Source: Rhodospirillales bacterium
GTDB lineage: Bacteria > Pseudomonadota > Alphaproteobacteria > Rhodospirillales > UBA2165
Reading direction: 5' to 3'
Length of the DNA: 64,000 nt
Assembly (NCBI GenBank): GCA_022822205.1
Contig: JAJECC010000099.1
Span: 15,885-79,884 of the forward strand
Shown here piece after piece: positions 17,466 through 27,802 of this stretch. Positions within the stretch are counted from its first letter, which is position 1, and each line of letters starts with the position of its first letter. Made by a program: the position numbers and the translations under genes. The notes under the pieces were generated by a model. That model was given only the letters and a program-made list of their open reading frames with translations. It had not been told where the DNA came from and did not search any database.

Positions 17466-18326
17466 ATGAATTGGCTGATTTTTCGCCGCTGCGGCATGCC
17501 GGGGCCAACCGGTCCGGTATCCGGCGCGAACATACCCAAAAATGCGGTCATGACCGCTGGCCTGGGCGGAACGCTGGGCGCCGCGTTGGCGCTGTTCGGC
17601 GCCGGGACGGCCGGCGCCCAAACCGGGAGCCCGTTCAGCGGTTTCGAACTGACGCCGTCTCCCAAGACCTATCTTGTGGTCAAGGACGCCAACGTGCGGG
17701 CGGGGCCGGCAATAAGGGCCAGGCGGTTGACCCGGCTCCCAAAAGGGGTCCGGGTGGAGGCCAAGGGCCGCGCCAAGGGCACCGAATGGATCGCCGTCCG
17801 CCGGGACGGCAAGGATTTGGGCTTCGTCTACAAGACCGTGGTGGCGCCGTTATTGGATGCCAAGGTTGACGCGCCGGTGAAGGGTTTCCTCGAAGCCGGG
17901 GGCCAACCCAAATGCGGATTTGAACTCAGCTTTGACGGGCGTACCGAAATCGAGGATGAAATCCAGGTGACCGCCGACTACGGTGTCGAGCTGGACTGCG
18001 GCGCCAAGGGAAGGAAAGTTCGGTTTGCCGCGACCATGTTCGTGACCGAGGTGCCCTACCGGGATCTCACCAAGGCCGAGTATCAGATCAACGTGGATCT
18101 GTTCGGCGTGCCCGAAGACGAGGAAAACGGGCTCTCGATCTTCACCATCTATCGTCCGGAAAAGGGAGAACTCCGCTTCGGCGGGATCAGCGACCCCGAC
18201 TATGCGTCGCCGGCCAAACTGAAGAAATCCGACGCCAAAACGGTCCGCGAGGCGTTGATCGCCGCGCTCCGCATGGCTCACCGGAGTTGGGGCCCGAAAG
18301 TCTGGGCCGAGCTTCGGAAGCGCTAG
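17466..18326 (+). CDS. secreted SH3b-domain protein
   Basis: 286-aa track ORF. The real start is probably ATG 17550, giving the signal peptide [26 protein letters not shown]3b-like segment: [13 protein letters not shown]...[31 protein letters not shown]. Confidence 0.6.
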   Translation: MNWLIFRRCGMPGPTGPVSGANIPKNAVMTAGLGGTLGAALALFGAGTAGAQTGSPFSGFELTPSPKTYLVVKDANVRAGPAIRARRLTRLPKGVRVEAKGRAKGTEWIAVRRDGKDLGFVYKTVVAPLLDAKVDAPVKGFLEAGGQPKCGFELSFDGRTEIEDEIQVTADYGVELDCGAKGRKVRFAATMFVTEVPYRDLTKAEYQINVDLFGVPEDEENGLSIFTIYRPEKGELRFGGISDPDYASPAKLKKSDAKTVREALIAALRMAHRSWGPKVWAELRKR

Positions 18327-19603
18327 GCCTCCTCCCGCGCCACCGCCCGCCAGCCGATATCCCGGCGGCAGAACCCGTCCGGCCAGTCGATGGCGTCGAC
18401 CGCCGCATAGGCGCGCGTCCGGGCCTCCCTGACCGAACTTCCCAGCGCCGTCACGCCGAGCACCCGGCCGCCGTTCGCCAGGATCTTGCCGTCCGCCGCC
18501 TTGGTGCCGGCGTGGAGGACGACGACCCCCTCCATGGCGTCCGCCGCGCCGAGATTTCCGATTTCGGTGCCCTTTTCGTAGCTGCCGGGATAGCCCTCCG
18601 CCGCCATCACCACGACCAGCGCCGTCTCGTCCCGCCAGGACAGCTCGATCTCCGATAGACGGCCCTCCGCCGCGGCCAACAGGACCTGGGCCAGATCGGT
18701 CTCGAGCCGGGCCATCAGCACCTGACACTCGGGATCGCCGAAGCGGACGTTGAATTCAAGCACCTTGGGTCCGTCATCGGTGATCATCAGGCCGGCGAAC
18801 AGCACGCCCCGGTAGGGGCGTCCCTCGGCGGCCATGCCCTCGATGGTCGGCCGGATCACCTCGTCCATGATCCGGTCCGCCATCTCCGATGTCACCACCG
18901 GCGCCGGCGAGTACGCTCCCATGCCGCCCGTATTGGGGCCGATGTCGCCGTCATGGGCGGCTTTGTGGTCCTGGGCCGAGGCCAGCGGCAGCGCGGTCTT
19001 GCCGTCGACCAGCGCGAAGAAACTCGCCTCTTCGCCGGCCAGGAACTCCTCGATCACCACCTCCGCGCCGGCTTCGCCGAACACCTTGTCGACCATCGCC
19101 TCGTCGATGGCCTGAATGGCTTCATCGACGGACCGGCAAAGGGTGACGCCCTTGCCGGCCGCCAGGCCATCGGCCTTGACGACGATGGGCGCGCCCTGTT
19201 CCCGCACGTACCGGGCCGCCTCATCCCGGTCGGTGAACCGCCCATACGCGGCGGTGGGGATGCCGCGCTTGGCGAACAGGTCCTTCATGAAGCCCTTCGA
19301 TCCCTCGAGGATGGCCGCCGCGGCCGTCGGGCCGAAGGCGGCGATGCCTTCCGCGCCCAGCGCGTCCACCAGACCCGCCACCAGCGGCGCTTCGGGGCCG
19401 ACCACCACCAGATCGACGGACTTCTCCTTGGCCAGGGCGACCAGACCGGGCACATCCTCGGCGCCCACGTCGATGCACTCGGCGACCGCGGCGATGCCCG
19501 CGTTCCCGGGGGCGCAGTACAGCGCATCGCAACCGGCCGAGCGGGACAGGCCCCAGGCAAGCGCGTGTTCGCGGCCGCCGCCGCCGACAATCAGTATCTT
19601 CAT
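18323..19603 (-). CDS. purD: phosphoribosylamine-glycine ligase
   Basis: This is the C-terminal 426 aa of the 878-aa track ORF. The true start is [19 protein letters not shown], with ATG at 19601-19603. Confidence 0.92.
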   Translation of the reverse strand: MKILIVGGGGREHALAWGLSRSAGCDALYCAPGNAGIAAVAECIDVGAEDVPGLVALAKEKSVDLVVVGPEAPLVAGLVDALGAEGIAAFGPTAAAAILEGSKGFMKDLFAKRGIPTAAYGRFTDRDEAARYVREQGAPIVVKADGLAAGKGVTLCRSVDEAIQAIDEAMVDKVFGEAGAEVVIEEFLAGEEASFFALVDGKTALPLASAQDHKAAHDGDIGPNTGGMGAYSPAPVVTSEMADRIMDEVIRPTIEGMAAEGRPYRGVLFAGLMITDDGPKVLEFNVRFGDPECQVLMARLETDLAQVLLAAAEGRLSEIELSWRDETALVVVMAAEGYPGSYEKGTEIGNLGAADAMEGVVVLHAGTKAADGKILANGGRVLGVTALGSSVREARTRAYAAVDAIDWPDGFCRRDIGWRAVAREEA

Positions 19604-19660
19604 CTTCAGGAAAGCCCCTTCTGTACGCCGGCGCCCTTGTAGCATAGATTCGGTCCGGCA

Positions 19661-21124
19661 ATGAGTATCCCATCCCAGGAATTCGACGATCGGTTTGGTC
19701 CCGCCGACGGCGCCGCGCCGGGCGGCAACCTGCCGGAATTTTCGGTCAGCGAGATCTCCCAGGCGCTCAAGCGGACGGTCGAGGAGACCTTCTCCCGGGT
19801 GCGTGTGCGGGGCGAGATTTCCGGGCTCACCCGGGCGGCATCGGGACATATGTACCTGTCCCTGAAGGACGACAAGGCGGTGCTCGACGGGGTGTGCTGG
19901 AAGGGCACGGTGCCGCGGCTCGGCCTCGATCCCGAAGATGGGCTGGAGGTCATCGCCACCGGGCGGCTCTCCACCTATCCCGGCCGGTCCCGCTACCAGA
20001 TCGTCATCGACGCCATGGAGATCGCCGGCGAAGGGGCGTTGCTCAAGCTGCTGGAAGACCGGCGCGGGAAGCTCCTGGCCGAGGGGCTGTTCGACGAAGG
20101 CCGCAAGCAGCCGCTGCCCTACATTCCCGACGTCATCGGCGTGGTCACCTCGCCGACCGGCGCGGTGATTCGTGACATCCTCCATCGCCTGAACGACCGC
20201 TTTCCGCGCCGGGTGCTGCTGTGGGGCGTCAATGTGCAGGGCGAGGGCGCGGCCGAGCAGGTGGCGGGCGCCATCGAAGGCTTCAACCGGATGAAGGGAA
20301 CGCCCGAAATCCCGAAGCCGGATCTGGTGATTGTCGCCCGGGGCGGCGGCAGTCTGGAAGACCTCTGGACCTTCAACGAGGAAATCGTGGTCCGGGCCGC
20401 CGCCGGCAGCGAGATTCCATTGATCTCGGCGGTGGGCCACGAGACCGATACCACGCTCATCGACTTCGCCGCCGACCTCCGCGCGCCGACGCCGACCGCG
20501 GCGGCCGAGCTGGCGGTGCCGGTGATCAGCGAATTGCGCGCCCAGGTGGCCGACGACGGCGCCCGGCTGGCGCGGTCCTGGGCGCGCCACGTATCGGCAC
20601 GGCAGACGGCGTTGGACGGGCTTTCCCGCGCAATCGCCAATCCGGCGCGGGCGCTCGAAGGGGTTTCCCAGCGGCTCGACGACCGGGCCGAGCGGCTGCG
20701 GCTCGCGGGCGCGCGGATCACCACCGAACCCGCGCAAGCGCTGATCGAACTCGCCGGCGGGCTGACCCATCCGCGTCAGTTGATGGCCACCAAACGGACG
20801 GAGCTCGACGGCCTCGCCCGGCGCCGGCAGGTCGCCCTGCGGACCACGCTCGGCACCCGGCGCGCGGCGCTGATCGAGGTCTCGCGGCTCTTGGACAGCC
20901 TGTCCTACGAACGGGTGCTGGAGCGCGGCTTCGCGCTGGTCAGCGGCGCCGACGGCCAAGCCGTCACCAAGTCAGGCGACGCCGCCCCGGGCAGCGCCGT
21001 TTCGATCCGCTTCCGGGACGGGTCCGTGGGCGCGACCATCGACGGCGCCGCGGCAAAACCAAAACCCAAGCCCCGAAAGAGGAAACCGTCCGCCGACGGC
21101 GGCGGGCAGGGAAGCCTGCTGTGA
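19661..21124 (+). CDS. xseA: exodeoxyribonuclease VII large subunit
   Basis: 487 aa with an OB-fold N-terminus and catalytic core ([33 protein letters not shown]). It carries an unusual Lys/Pro-rich tail. Confidence 0.9.
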   Translation: MSIPSQEFDDRFGPADGAAPGGNLPEFSVSEISQALKRTVEETFSRVRVRGEISGLTRAASGHMYLSLKDDKAVLDGVCWKGTVPRLGLDPEDGLEVIATGRLSTYPGRSRYQIVIDAMEIAGEGALLKLLEDRRGKLLAEGLFDEGRKQPLPYIPDVIGVVTSPTGAVIRDILHRLNDRFPRRVLLWGVNVQGEGAAEQVAGAIEGFNRMKGTPEIPKPDLVIVARGGGSLEDLWTFNEEIVVRAAAGSEIPLISAVGHETDTTLIDFAADLRAPTPTAAAELAVPVISELRAQVADDGARLARSWARHVSARQTALDGLSRAIANPARALEGVSQRLDDRAERLRLAGARITTEPAQALIELAGGLTHPRQLMATKRTELDGLARRRQVALRTTLGTRRAALIEVSRLLDSLSYERVLERGFALVSGADGQAVTKSGDAAPGSAVSIRFRDGSVGATIDGAAAKPKPKPRKRKPSADGGGQGSLL

Positions 21125-21999
21125 ATCCGGCGACGTTGTTCGCGGTGGTTTTGCTCTCGGTGACGGCCGTTTTTCCCAGCGCCGCCGCCCAGCAATCTGT
21201 CTCCATTCCGGCCGGTTTCCGGCTTGAAGGAGATGCCGTCCAGGGCGGACTGATGATCGGTTACGCACCTTGGTCGGACAAGGTTACTCTTGATGACAGA
21301 CCGATCCCCATCTCCGGCGGCTATTTTCTTCTCGGGTTCGATCGGGATGCGGGGCCTTCGTCACGATTGGTCGTCCATAAGAAGCGGATGCGCCCGGCGG
21401 ACGTCCGCCGGTTTCCGTTCGTTATGTCCCTGGAGGTCGAAAAGCGCGACTACGACATCCAGCGTATCGACGGGCTGCCGCGCCGCAAGGTGACACCCCA
21501 TCCGGAAGACCTGATACGAATCCGCGCCGAGGGCCGCCTGATGCGGGATGCCCGCTCGGGCAAGGCGCTTCGGCTTGGGTTTCTGTCAGGCTTCGTCTGG
21601 CCGGCGCGGGGGCGGATCTCCGGCGTCTATGGATCGCAGCGCATCCTCAATGGGGAGCCCCGCCGGCCCCATTTCGGGGTCGATATCGCGGCGCCCACCG
21701 GCACGCCGGTGAGGGCGCCGGCCGACGGCCGGGTGACACTGGTCCATCCCGGCATGTTCTTCAACGGCAAGTCCATCGTCATGGATCACGGGCTTGGCCT
21801 CACCACCGTTTACATTCATCTCAGCGACGCCTTGGTGCAGCCCGGTCAGTTGGTGAAGCAGGGCGACGTGATCGGCAAGGTCGGCGCGACCGGCCGGGCA
21901 ACGGGCCCGCATCTTCACTGGGGGGCGCGGGTCCGCAATATCGAAATCGACCCGGCGCTGTTGGTGGAGGGAATGCCGCAGCCGCTGAACGGGCCTTAA
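21121..21999 (+). CDS. M23 family metallopeptidase
   Basis: GTG 21121 overlaps the xseA stop. A signal peptide is present. M23 motifs: HFGVDIAAPTGTPV and HLHW. Confidence 0.8.
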   Translation: MNPATLFAVVLLSVTAVFPSAAAQQSVSIPAGFRLEGDAVQGGLMIGYAPWSDKVTLDDRPIPISGGYFLLGFDRDAGPSSRLVVHKKRMRPADVRRFPFVMSLEVEKRDYDIQRIDGLPRRKVTPHPEDLIRIRAEGRLMRDARSGKALRLGFLSGFVWPARGRISGVYGSQRILNGEPRRPHFGVDIAAPTGTPVRAPADGRVTLVHPGMFFNGKSIVMDHGLGLTTVYIHLSDALVQPGQLVKQGDVIGKVGATGRATGPHLHWGARVRNIEIDPALLVEGMPQPLNGP

Positions 22000-22892
22000 C
22001 CTTCAGAACCTTCAGCCGGCCAGCGCCGGTGCACCCACAGCCATTGCTCCGGGTGCCGGCGGATCCAGGACCCGAGATAGTCGTTCACCTTGGCCATGAT
22101 GGCCTCGGTGTCCTTCTGCCGGTCGCCGGTCTCGGGCTTTTCCAGGTCGGGATAGAAGGTAATCCGGAACCGGGCGCCCTGCAGGCGCTCCACCTGCACG
22201 GGAACGACCGGGCAGTCGTAGCGCAGCGCGAACCTGGCGACCGCCGGGGCGGTCATGGCGTCGACGCCCATGAATGGAACCGGGATTCCGTCGTTCATTT
22301 TTTGATCCACCAGCATGGCTACGTGCTCGCCATTGGAAAGCGCCTTCAGCGCCATCTTCGCGCCCACCGGCCCCTTGGGGAAAAGACCGGCGTCGAAGGC
22401 GTCGCGGCCGCGGCGCAACAGGCGGTCGACCAGCGGGTTATTGAGGGCGCGGTAGGCCACGTGCAGGTTCCAGCCCCGGCGGGTGACGGCCAGCGACGCC
22501 ACCTCCCAATTTGCCAGATGGCCGCCGAACAGCAGGCCCGGCTTGTCGTCGTTCCACAAAGCCTCCATGTGTTCGAGACCGGCGACCTCGATGCGGCCAT
22601 TTTCCGCGTAGGGATCGAACTTCCTGATATGGGGGTACTCGGCGATGGTGCGCCCCAGGTTTTCCCACATGCCCCGGATGATGGCCGCGCGTTCCGTCTC
22701 GCCCAGTTCCGGCATGATCCGCCTGAGGTTGTCGTGAGCGATTTGGTGGGCACGAAGGCGGGGGCCGAACGTCCGGCCGGCCCACGCGCCGAGGGCCGAC
22801 GCGGCGTCCAAGGGCAGGGCGGCCAGAACGGCGTACCCGAGGGCCGCAAACATCCCCTGGAGGGGATAGATGATCCAGCGCCGGAGCATCAA
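21996..22892 (-). CDS. lipid A biosynthesis lauroyl/late acyltransferase (LpxL/HtrB family)
   Basis: 298 aa, with a 4-nt overlap with lpxK. It is the last gene of the lipid A/Kdo operon. Confidence 0.7.
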   Translation of the reverse strand: MMLRRWIIYPLQGMFAALGYAVLAALPLDAASALGAWAGRTFGPRLRAHQIAHDNLRRIMPELGETERAAIIRGMWENLGRTIAEYPHIRKFDPYAENGRIEVAGLEHMEALWNDDKPGLLFGGHLANWEVASLAVTRRGWNLHVAYRALNNPLVDRLLRRGRDAFDAGLFPKGPVGAKMALKALSNGEHVAMLVDQKMNDGIPVPFMGVDAMTAPAVARFALRYDCPVVPVQVERLQGARFRITFYPDLEKPETGDRQKDTEAIMAKVNDYLGSWIRRHPEQWLWVHRRWPAEGSEG

Positions 22893-23893
22893 TCCGCTCC
22901 CGCCCGTGCAAGAACCGGTTCCAGGAGTCTATCGAGTGCCGCCGGGTCTTCGAACGCCAATGCGACGGTGAGGACCCGGACGTCGTCGCGGTCTTCCGGG
23001 TGCAGCCGGACGAAATCCTTGGCCGTGGTCACCAAGGTGGCGTCCAGGTCCCCGGCTTGTCTGCGGAGATCGGCGATCTCGCCCCGGCTGAACGGGTGGT
23101 GATCGGCATAGGGCCTGACCGCCGTCAGTTCGCAGCCGCTGTCGCGCAAGGTTTTGAAGAATTTTTCCGGCCGGGCAATCCCGGCGAAGGCGAGCAGCGG
23201 CCTTGCCTTGAGCTGTTCGATCTCCGGTCCGGGTTGGAGCCGGCCGAGCATGACCTCCACGCGTCCGCCCGTGGACGCGCGCAACCGCCCGGACATATCG
23301 AACGAGTCCCGCCCGATAATCACCACCGCTTGCGCCCGCGCGAGGGCCGTCGCCGGCAGCTCGCGGAGCGGCCCCGCGGGGATCATCCGGCCGTTGCCGA
23401 AGCCGGCATCCCCGTCGATGACGATGATCGACAGGTCCTTGGCGAGCGAAGGGTTCTGAAAACCGTCATCCATGACGATCAACCGGGCCCCTGCTTCCGC
23501 CGCGGCGCGGGCGCCGGCCAGGCGATCGGTGGAAATCCAGGCCGGCGCGGCGTCCGCCAGGAGCAGCGGTTCGTCGCCGACATCCGCCGCCGTATGGGTT
23601 TCCGGGTCGACGCGCAAGGGGCCCTTTTCCCGCCCGCCATAACCGCGGCTGAGAAAGTGAACCTCGATCCCGGCCCGTCGGCACCGTTCGGCGACATCGA
23701 GCGCGGCCGGTGTTTTTCCCGCACCCCCGGCGACCACATTGCCGACACAAATGACCGGGACGCCGCACGCCGCCGGTGTCGCCATCTTCCGCCGCAGGCG
23801 TCCCGCGATGCCGTAGGCCGACCCCAGCGGGCCCAATAGAATGGGCAGGACACCCCGGCTTTGATACCAGAACTCAGGTGTGCGAAGCGCCAT
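22889..23893 (-). CDS. lpxK: tetraacyldisaccharide 4'-kinase
   Basis: 334 aa. P-loop VICVGNVVAGGAGKTP is typical of LpxK. Confidence 0.9.
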   Translation of the reverse strand: MALRTPEFWYQSRGVLPILLGPLGSAYGIAGRLRRKMATPAACGVPVICVGNVVAGGAGKTPAALDVAERCRRAGIEVHFLSRGYGGREKGPLRVDPETHTAADVGDEPLLLADAAPAWISTDRLAGARAAAEAGARLIVMDDGFQNPSLAKDLSIIVIDGDAGFGNGRMIPAGPLRELPATALARAQAVVIIGRDSFDMSGRLRASTGGRVEVMLGRLQPGPEIEQLKARPLLAFAGIARPEKFFKTLRDSGCELTAVRPYADHHPFSRGEIADLRRQAGDLDATLVTTAKDFVRLHPEDRDDVRVLTVALAFEDPAALDRLLEPVLARAGAD

Positions 23894-25157
23894 GATCGCT
23901 TTTCAGGAGCCGTTCGATTTCCGCCGAGACCGCCTCGACGACATTGGATTGGGCGTCGGCATAGGACCGGCCGTTCCGGGCAAGTTCGGCGCGGCGGGAA
24001 TGATCCTTCAGGAGCGTGTCGACCGCGCGCCGCAGGTCTTCCTCGTCCTCCACCCGCACCGCGCCGTCGGAGGAGGCGAGATGATCGGTCATGTCCTGGA
24101 AATTTGCCATGTGGGGGCCGTGAATGACCGGCCGGTCCAGCTTGAGCGGCTCCAAGGGGTTTTGGCCGCCGAAGGGCACCAGAGATTTGCCCATGAAGAC
24201 CACGTCGGCGAGCCGGAAGAACAACCCGAGTTCACCCATCGTGTCAGCGATATAGATACCGGTCTCCGCATCGGGGAGCTCCCCTTTCGAACGAAGCCGC
24301 AATTGCGCCGAGCCGTTGGCGAGGGAGGCCAGGATGCCGGGACCGCGGTGCGCGTGGCGTGGCGCGATGATGGTGAGGAGCCCCGGGTGCTCGTCCTTCA
24401 GTTCGCGGTGAACGGCGGCGGCGATTTTCTCCTCTCCTTCATGGGTGCTGGCGGCGATCCAAATGGGCCGGCCGGCGGTCCTGGCCGCCAGGTCCGAAAG
24501 CGCCGCCTCGTCGGCGGCCAGCGGCGGGCTCGCAAATTTCAAATTGCCGACGCACTTGTAGGCGGTCGCGCCCAGGTCCCTTAGCCGTGCCGCATCGCCG
24601 TCGGTTTGCCCGAGGCACATGTCGAAGCGCCGCAGCAGGCTGCGCAACAGACCGGGCGCCCGCTGCCATCCGCGGTAGGATCGGGGCGAAATTCGGCCGT
24701 TGATGAGGATCATCGGAATGCCGCGGCGCTGGGTCTCATGGATCAGATTGGGCCAAAACTCGCTTTCGGCCCACAGCGCGATTTCGGGTTGCCAATGGTT
24801 GAGAAACGACCGGACGGCGCCCGGCCGGTCAACGGGCACATATTGGTGGATCGCCCGGGGCGGGAGCCGGCCCTCGATCATCCGCGCCGAGGACACCGTC
24901 CCCGTCGTAAAAAGCAAATGAACATCGGGGTGGTTGTGCAGAAGGTGTCCGACCAACGGCAGCATGGACTGGGCTTCGCCGACACTGGCCGCATGAAGCC
25001 AAAACACCCGGCCCTCCGGCCTCGGCGCCCCCGGCGTTCCGAGCCGTTCGGCAAACCGAACCGGATCCTCCTTGCCCAGGCGCCTGCGGCGCGCCAGATA
25101 AATCCCGATCACCGGACCCAGGATGGTGGTCAGCAGCCTGTAGAGCGGCAGCATCAT
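23874..25157 (-). CDS. waaA: 3-deoxy-D-manno-octulosonic acid (Kdo) transferase
   Basis: Start at MMLPLYRLL (25155-25157), inside the longer track ORF. It looks like the Kdo transferase family. It overlaps lpxK by 20 nt. Confidence 0.85.
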   Translation of the reverse strand: MMLPLYRLLTTILGPVIGIYLARRRRLGKEDPVRFAERLGTPGAPRPEGRVFWLHAASVGEAQSMLPLVGHLLHNHPDVHLLFTTGTVSSARMIEGRLPPRAIHQYVPVDRPGAVRSFLNHWQPEIALWAESEFWPNLIHETQRRGIPMILINGRISPRSYRGWQRAPGLLRSLLRRFDMCLGQTDGDAARLRDLGATAYKCVGNLKFASPPLAADEAALSDLAARTAGRPIWIAASTHEGEEKIAAAVHRELKDEHPGLLTIIAPRHAHRGPGILASLANGSAQLRLRSKGELPDAETGIYIADTMGELGLFFRLADVVFMGKSLVPFGGQNPLEPLKLDRPVIHGPHMANFQDMTDHLASSDGAVRVEDEEDLRRAVDTLLKDHSRRAELARNGRSYADAQSNVVEAVSAEIERLLKSDHGASHT

Positions 25158-25879
25158 GGTGCCGCCTCGACCGCCGCGGGCGCCGGTTCCACGGGCACCT
25201 GGCCGCAATCCCGGTCGGCCGCCTCGGTGAGCGCGTTCATCGCGTTTTCGAGCTGAAGCCGGGCAGCCTCGAGTCCGTCGTCATCCGCATCTTTTGGGAC
25301 GTCGATCGGGGCGCCCCAGCGGATGATGCCGCGGCCGAAGGGAAGCGGCACGATAAACCGGTCCCAGCTGTTCAGCGCCCGCCGGGAGGAACTCGAGAAT
25401 GTCAGGGGCAGAATGGGCGCCCCCGACAGCCGCGCCAGGGCGACGGCGCCGATGCTCGCCCGCATCCGAGGGCCCGCCGGCCCATCGGGGGTCATGCCGA
25501 CGGTTCCGCCGTCTCTGAGGATTTTCACCAATTGCCGGAGCGCGGCGGTGCCGCCGCGCGTCGACGATCCGTAGGCGCCCCTGATGCCGAAATGGGCCCC
25601 TATTTCGGCACCCAGCCGGCCATCCGGATGATCGGACAGGAGCATATGAAAGGGTTTCGAGCGCTTCCAGGTCAGCGGCATCATGAGCAACCGGCCGTGC
25701 CAGAAACAGACGATGAACGGCCGGTCCTGATCCCAAAATCGCTGAACCGCCTCAAATCCTTCGACCCGCCATCTTCCCGTGACCCACACCAGCCGGAGGT
25801 ACTGAGCACCCAGGAAACACGCGGCCGCGCGTACGCTCGGAGAGCGGGAGATCGCTTTGATGAATCCGGGCGTCGCCAT
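25154..25879 (-). CDS. DUF374-type lysophospholipid-acyltransferase-like protein
   Basis: 241 aa, with a 4-nt overlap with waaA. It sits in the conserved position between msbA and waaA. Confidence 0.6.
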   Translation of the reverse strand: MATPGFIKAISRSPSVRAAACFLGAQYLRLVWVTGRWRVEGFEAVQRFWDQDRPFIVCFWHGRLLMMPLTWKRSKPFHMLLSDHPDGRLGAEIGAHFGIRGAYGSSTRGGTAALRQLVKILRDGGTVGMTPDGPAGPRMRASIGAVALARLSGAPILPLTFSSSSRRALNSWDRFIVPLPFGRGIIRWGAPIDVPKDADDDGLEAARLQLENAMNALTEAADRDCGQVPVEPAPAAVEAAP

Positions 25880-25888
25880 GGATGCGGC

Positions 25889-27706
25889 CTACTCTCCCGC
25901 GGCGGCGACCGCATGATCCGGCTGGGAGTCGTCTTCCTGATCGGCGAACTGGAGCGCGTAAAGGTTGGCGTACATTCCCTCGCGGGCAAGCAATTCGGCG
26001 TGGTTTCCGCTTTCGGCCAGTTTGCCTCTATCGACGACGTGGATGACGTCCGCGTCCATGATTGTGGAAAGGCGATGGGCAATGACAAGCGTGGTCCGGC
26101 CTTGCATGAGAACCCGAAGCGCCGCCTGAACCTGACGTTCGGATTCCGTGTCGAGCGCCGACGTCGCCTCGTCTAGCAGCAAGATCGGTGCGTCCTTGAG
26201 CATCGCCCGGGCAATGGCGATGCGTTGGCGCTGTCCGCCGGAGAGGTGCGCGCCCATCTCGCCGACCAGCGTGTCGTAGCCTCGCGGCAGTTCGCGGATA
26301 AAGGCGTCGGCTGCCGCGTCGCGGGCGGCCTGAATGATCTCGTCTTCGGAGGCGCTTTGGCGGCCGTAGGCGATGTTCGCCCTGACCGTGTCGTCGAACA
26401 GGGTGATCTCCTGACTGACCAGGGCGACGGCGCCGCGCAGGCTATCGAAGGTCAGCCCGCGAACGTCGTGACCGTCGATGGATACGGCGCCCGCATCGAC
26501 GTCATGGAACCGGGGGATGAGATTGAGGATGGTGGACTTCCCGGCGCCCGACGGCCCGACCAAGGCCGCCGTTTTGCCGGCGGGAACATCGAGGCTCATA
26601 CCCATCAGGGCCGGGCGGTCCTCCCGGTAGGAGAACCGCACATTGTCGAACCGGACACCGCCGCCCCGCACTTCGAGCGGTCTGGCGTCCGGCGCCTCGG
26701 TGATATCCGGTTCCCGGTCGAGGAGCGCGAACAGCCGCTGCGCGCCCGCCAAGCCTTCCTGGAGGCTGGCGTTGAGATTGGCGAGCCGTTTCAGGGGCTC
26801 GTAGGCCATCAATAGCGCGGTGATGAACGAGAAGAACGAACCGGCATCCATGGTGCCGCCGATCACCCGGAAGCCGCCGTAAAGGATCACCATGGCTACC
26901 GCAAGCCCGCCCAAGGTTTCCATGATCGGGCTCGCCATGGCGCGGATACGGGCTGACTTGAACACCAGGCCGAATATCCGTTCGGCCACGTCGCCGACCC
27001 GGCGTTTTTCGTATTCCTCCATGGAGTAGGCTTTGACGATGCGGGCGCCCTGAAAGGTCTGGTTGAGGATCGTCGTAAGCTCTCCCATCTCCGCCTGGGT
27101 GTTGACGGTTACCTTGCGGATGCGCTTGCCGAGCCGCGCAATGGCGAACACCGCCGGCGGGAAAACGATGAAGGAAATGATCGCCAGTTGCCAATCCTGG
27201 ATGAACATCACCGCGACCAGGCCGATTAAGGACAGGCTATCCTTTCCGAGGCCGGTGAGCGCGTTGGTGACTGCCGCGCGCATCATGTTGATGTCGACGG
27301 TGAAACGGGAGATCAGCCCGCCGGTGGCCTCGTTTTGGAAGAACGCCAGCTCCATCCGGGTGAGATGACCATAGAGCCTATGCTGGGCGTCGGTGATGAT
27401 CCGCTGTCCGACAAACGCCATTAGCGTGGATTGGGCATAGTTGGCGGCACCCTTGATCAGGAACGTCACCAGCACCGCGCCGCCAATCAGCAGAAGCAAA
27501 TCCTCCCGCTTTTCGACGAAGATGCGGTTGACCACCGGCTTCATGAGCCATGCGCTGAACGCCGTCGCGGCCGCGACAACCGCCATGGCGGCGAGGGCAA
27601 GCACCACCCAGCCCACATAGGGGCGGATATGCTCTTTCACCAGGCGTTTGATCAGCCCAGCGGTCGAGATGTCCTGCGGCGGCGTCACTGTTTCGCTCAG
27701 AGCCAC
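25889..27706 (-). CDS. msbA: ABC transporter permease/ATPase, MsbA-like lipid A flippase
   Basis: 605 aa with a 6-TM domain plus an NBD: Walker A GPSGAGKST, signature LSGGQRQR, Walker B ILLLDEATSALD. It is the first gene of the lipid A operon. Confidence 0.7.
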   Translation of the reverse strand: MALSETVTPPQDISTAGLIKRLVKEHIRPYVGWVVLALAAMAVVAAATAFSAWLMKPVVNRIFVEKREDLLLLIGGAVLVTFLIKGAANYAQSTLMAFVGQRIITDAQHRLYGHLTRMELAFFQNEATGGLISRFTVDINMMRAAVTNALTGLGKDSLSLIGLVAVMFIQDWQLAIISFIVFPPAVFAIARLGKRIRKVTVNTQAEMGELTTILNQTFQGARIVKAYSMEEYEKRRVGDVAERIFGLVFKSARIRAMASPIMETLGGLAVAMVILYGGFRVIGGTMDAGSFFSFITALLMAYEPLKRLANLNASLQEGLAGAQRLFALLDREPDITEAPDARPLEVRGGGVRFDNVRFSYREDRPALMGMSLDVPAGKTAALVGPSGAGKSTILNLIPRFHDVDAGAVSIDGHDVRGLTFDSLRGAVALVSQEITLFDDTVRANIAYGRQSASEDEIIQAARDAAADAFIRELPRGYDTLVGEMGAHLSGGQRQRIAIARAMLKDAPILLLDEATSALDTESERQVQAALRVLMQGRTTLVIAHRLSTIMDADVIHVVDRGKLAESGNHAELLAREGMYANLYALQFADQEDDSQPDHAVAAAGE

Positions 27707-27802
27707 GAATCCAAGATGGTGATTGAAGGCGCGGAGTTTATCACGGATGGACTCGTCAACCCAAGAGTCCCTTTTGAATCAGCGGCTTGCGTGGTAATTC
27801 GT

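Noticed and set aside
18323-20959. 878-aa ORF suggesting a large fusion protein
   Set aside because: Only the C-terminal 426 aa (purD, starting at 19603) are protein-like. The upstream part is antisense to xseA, which has clear family motifs.
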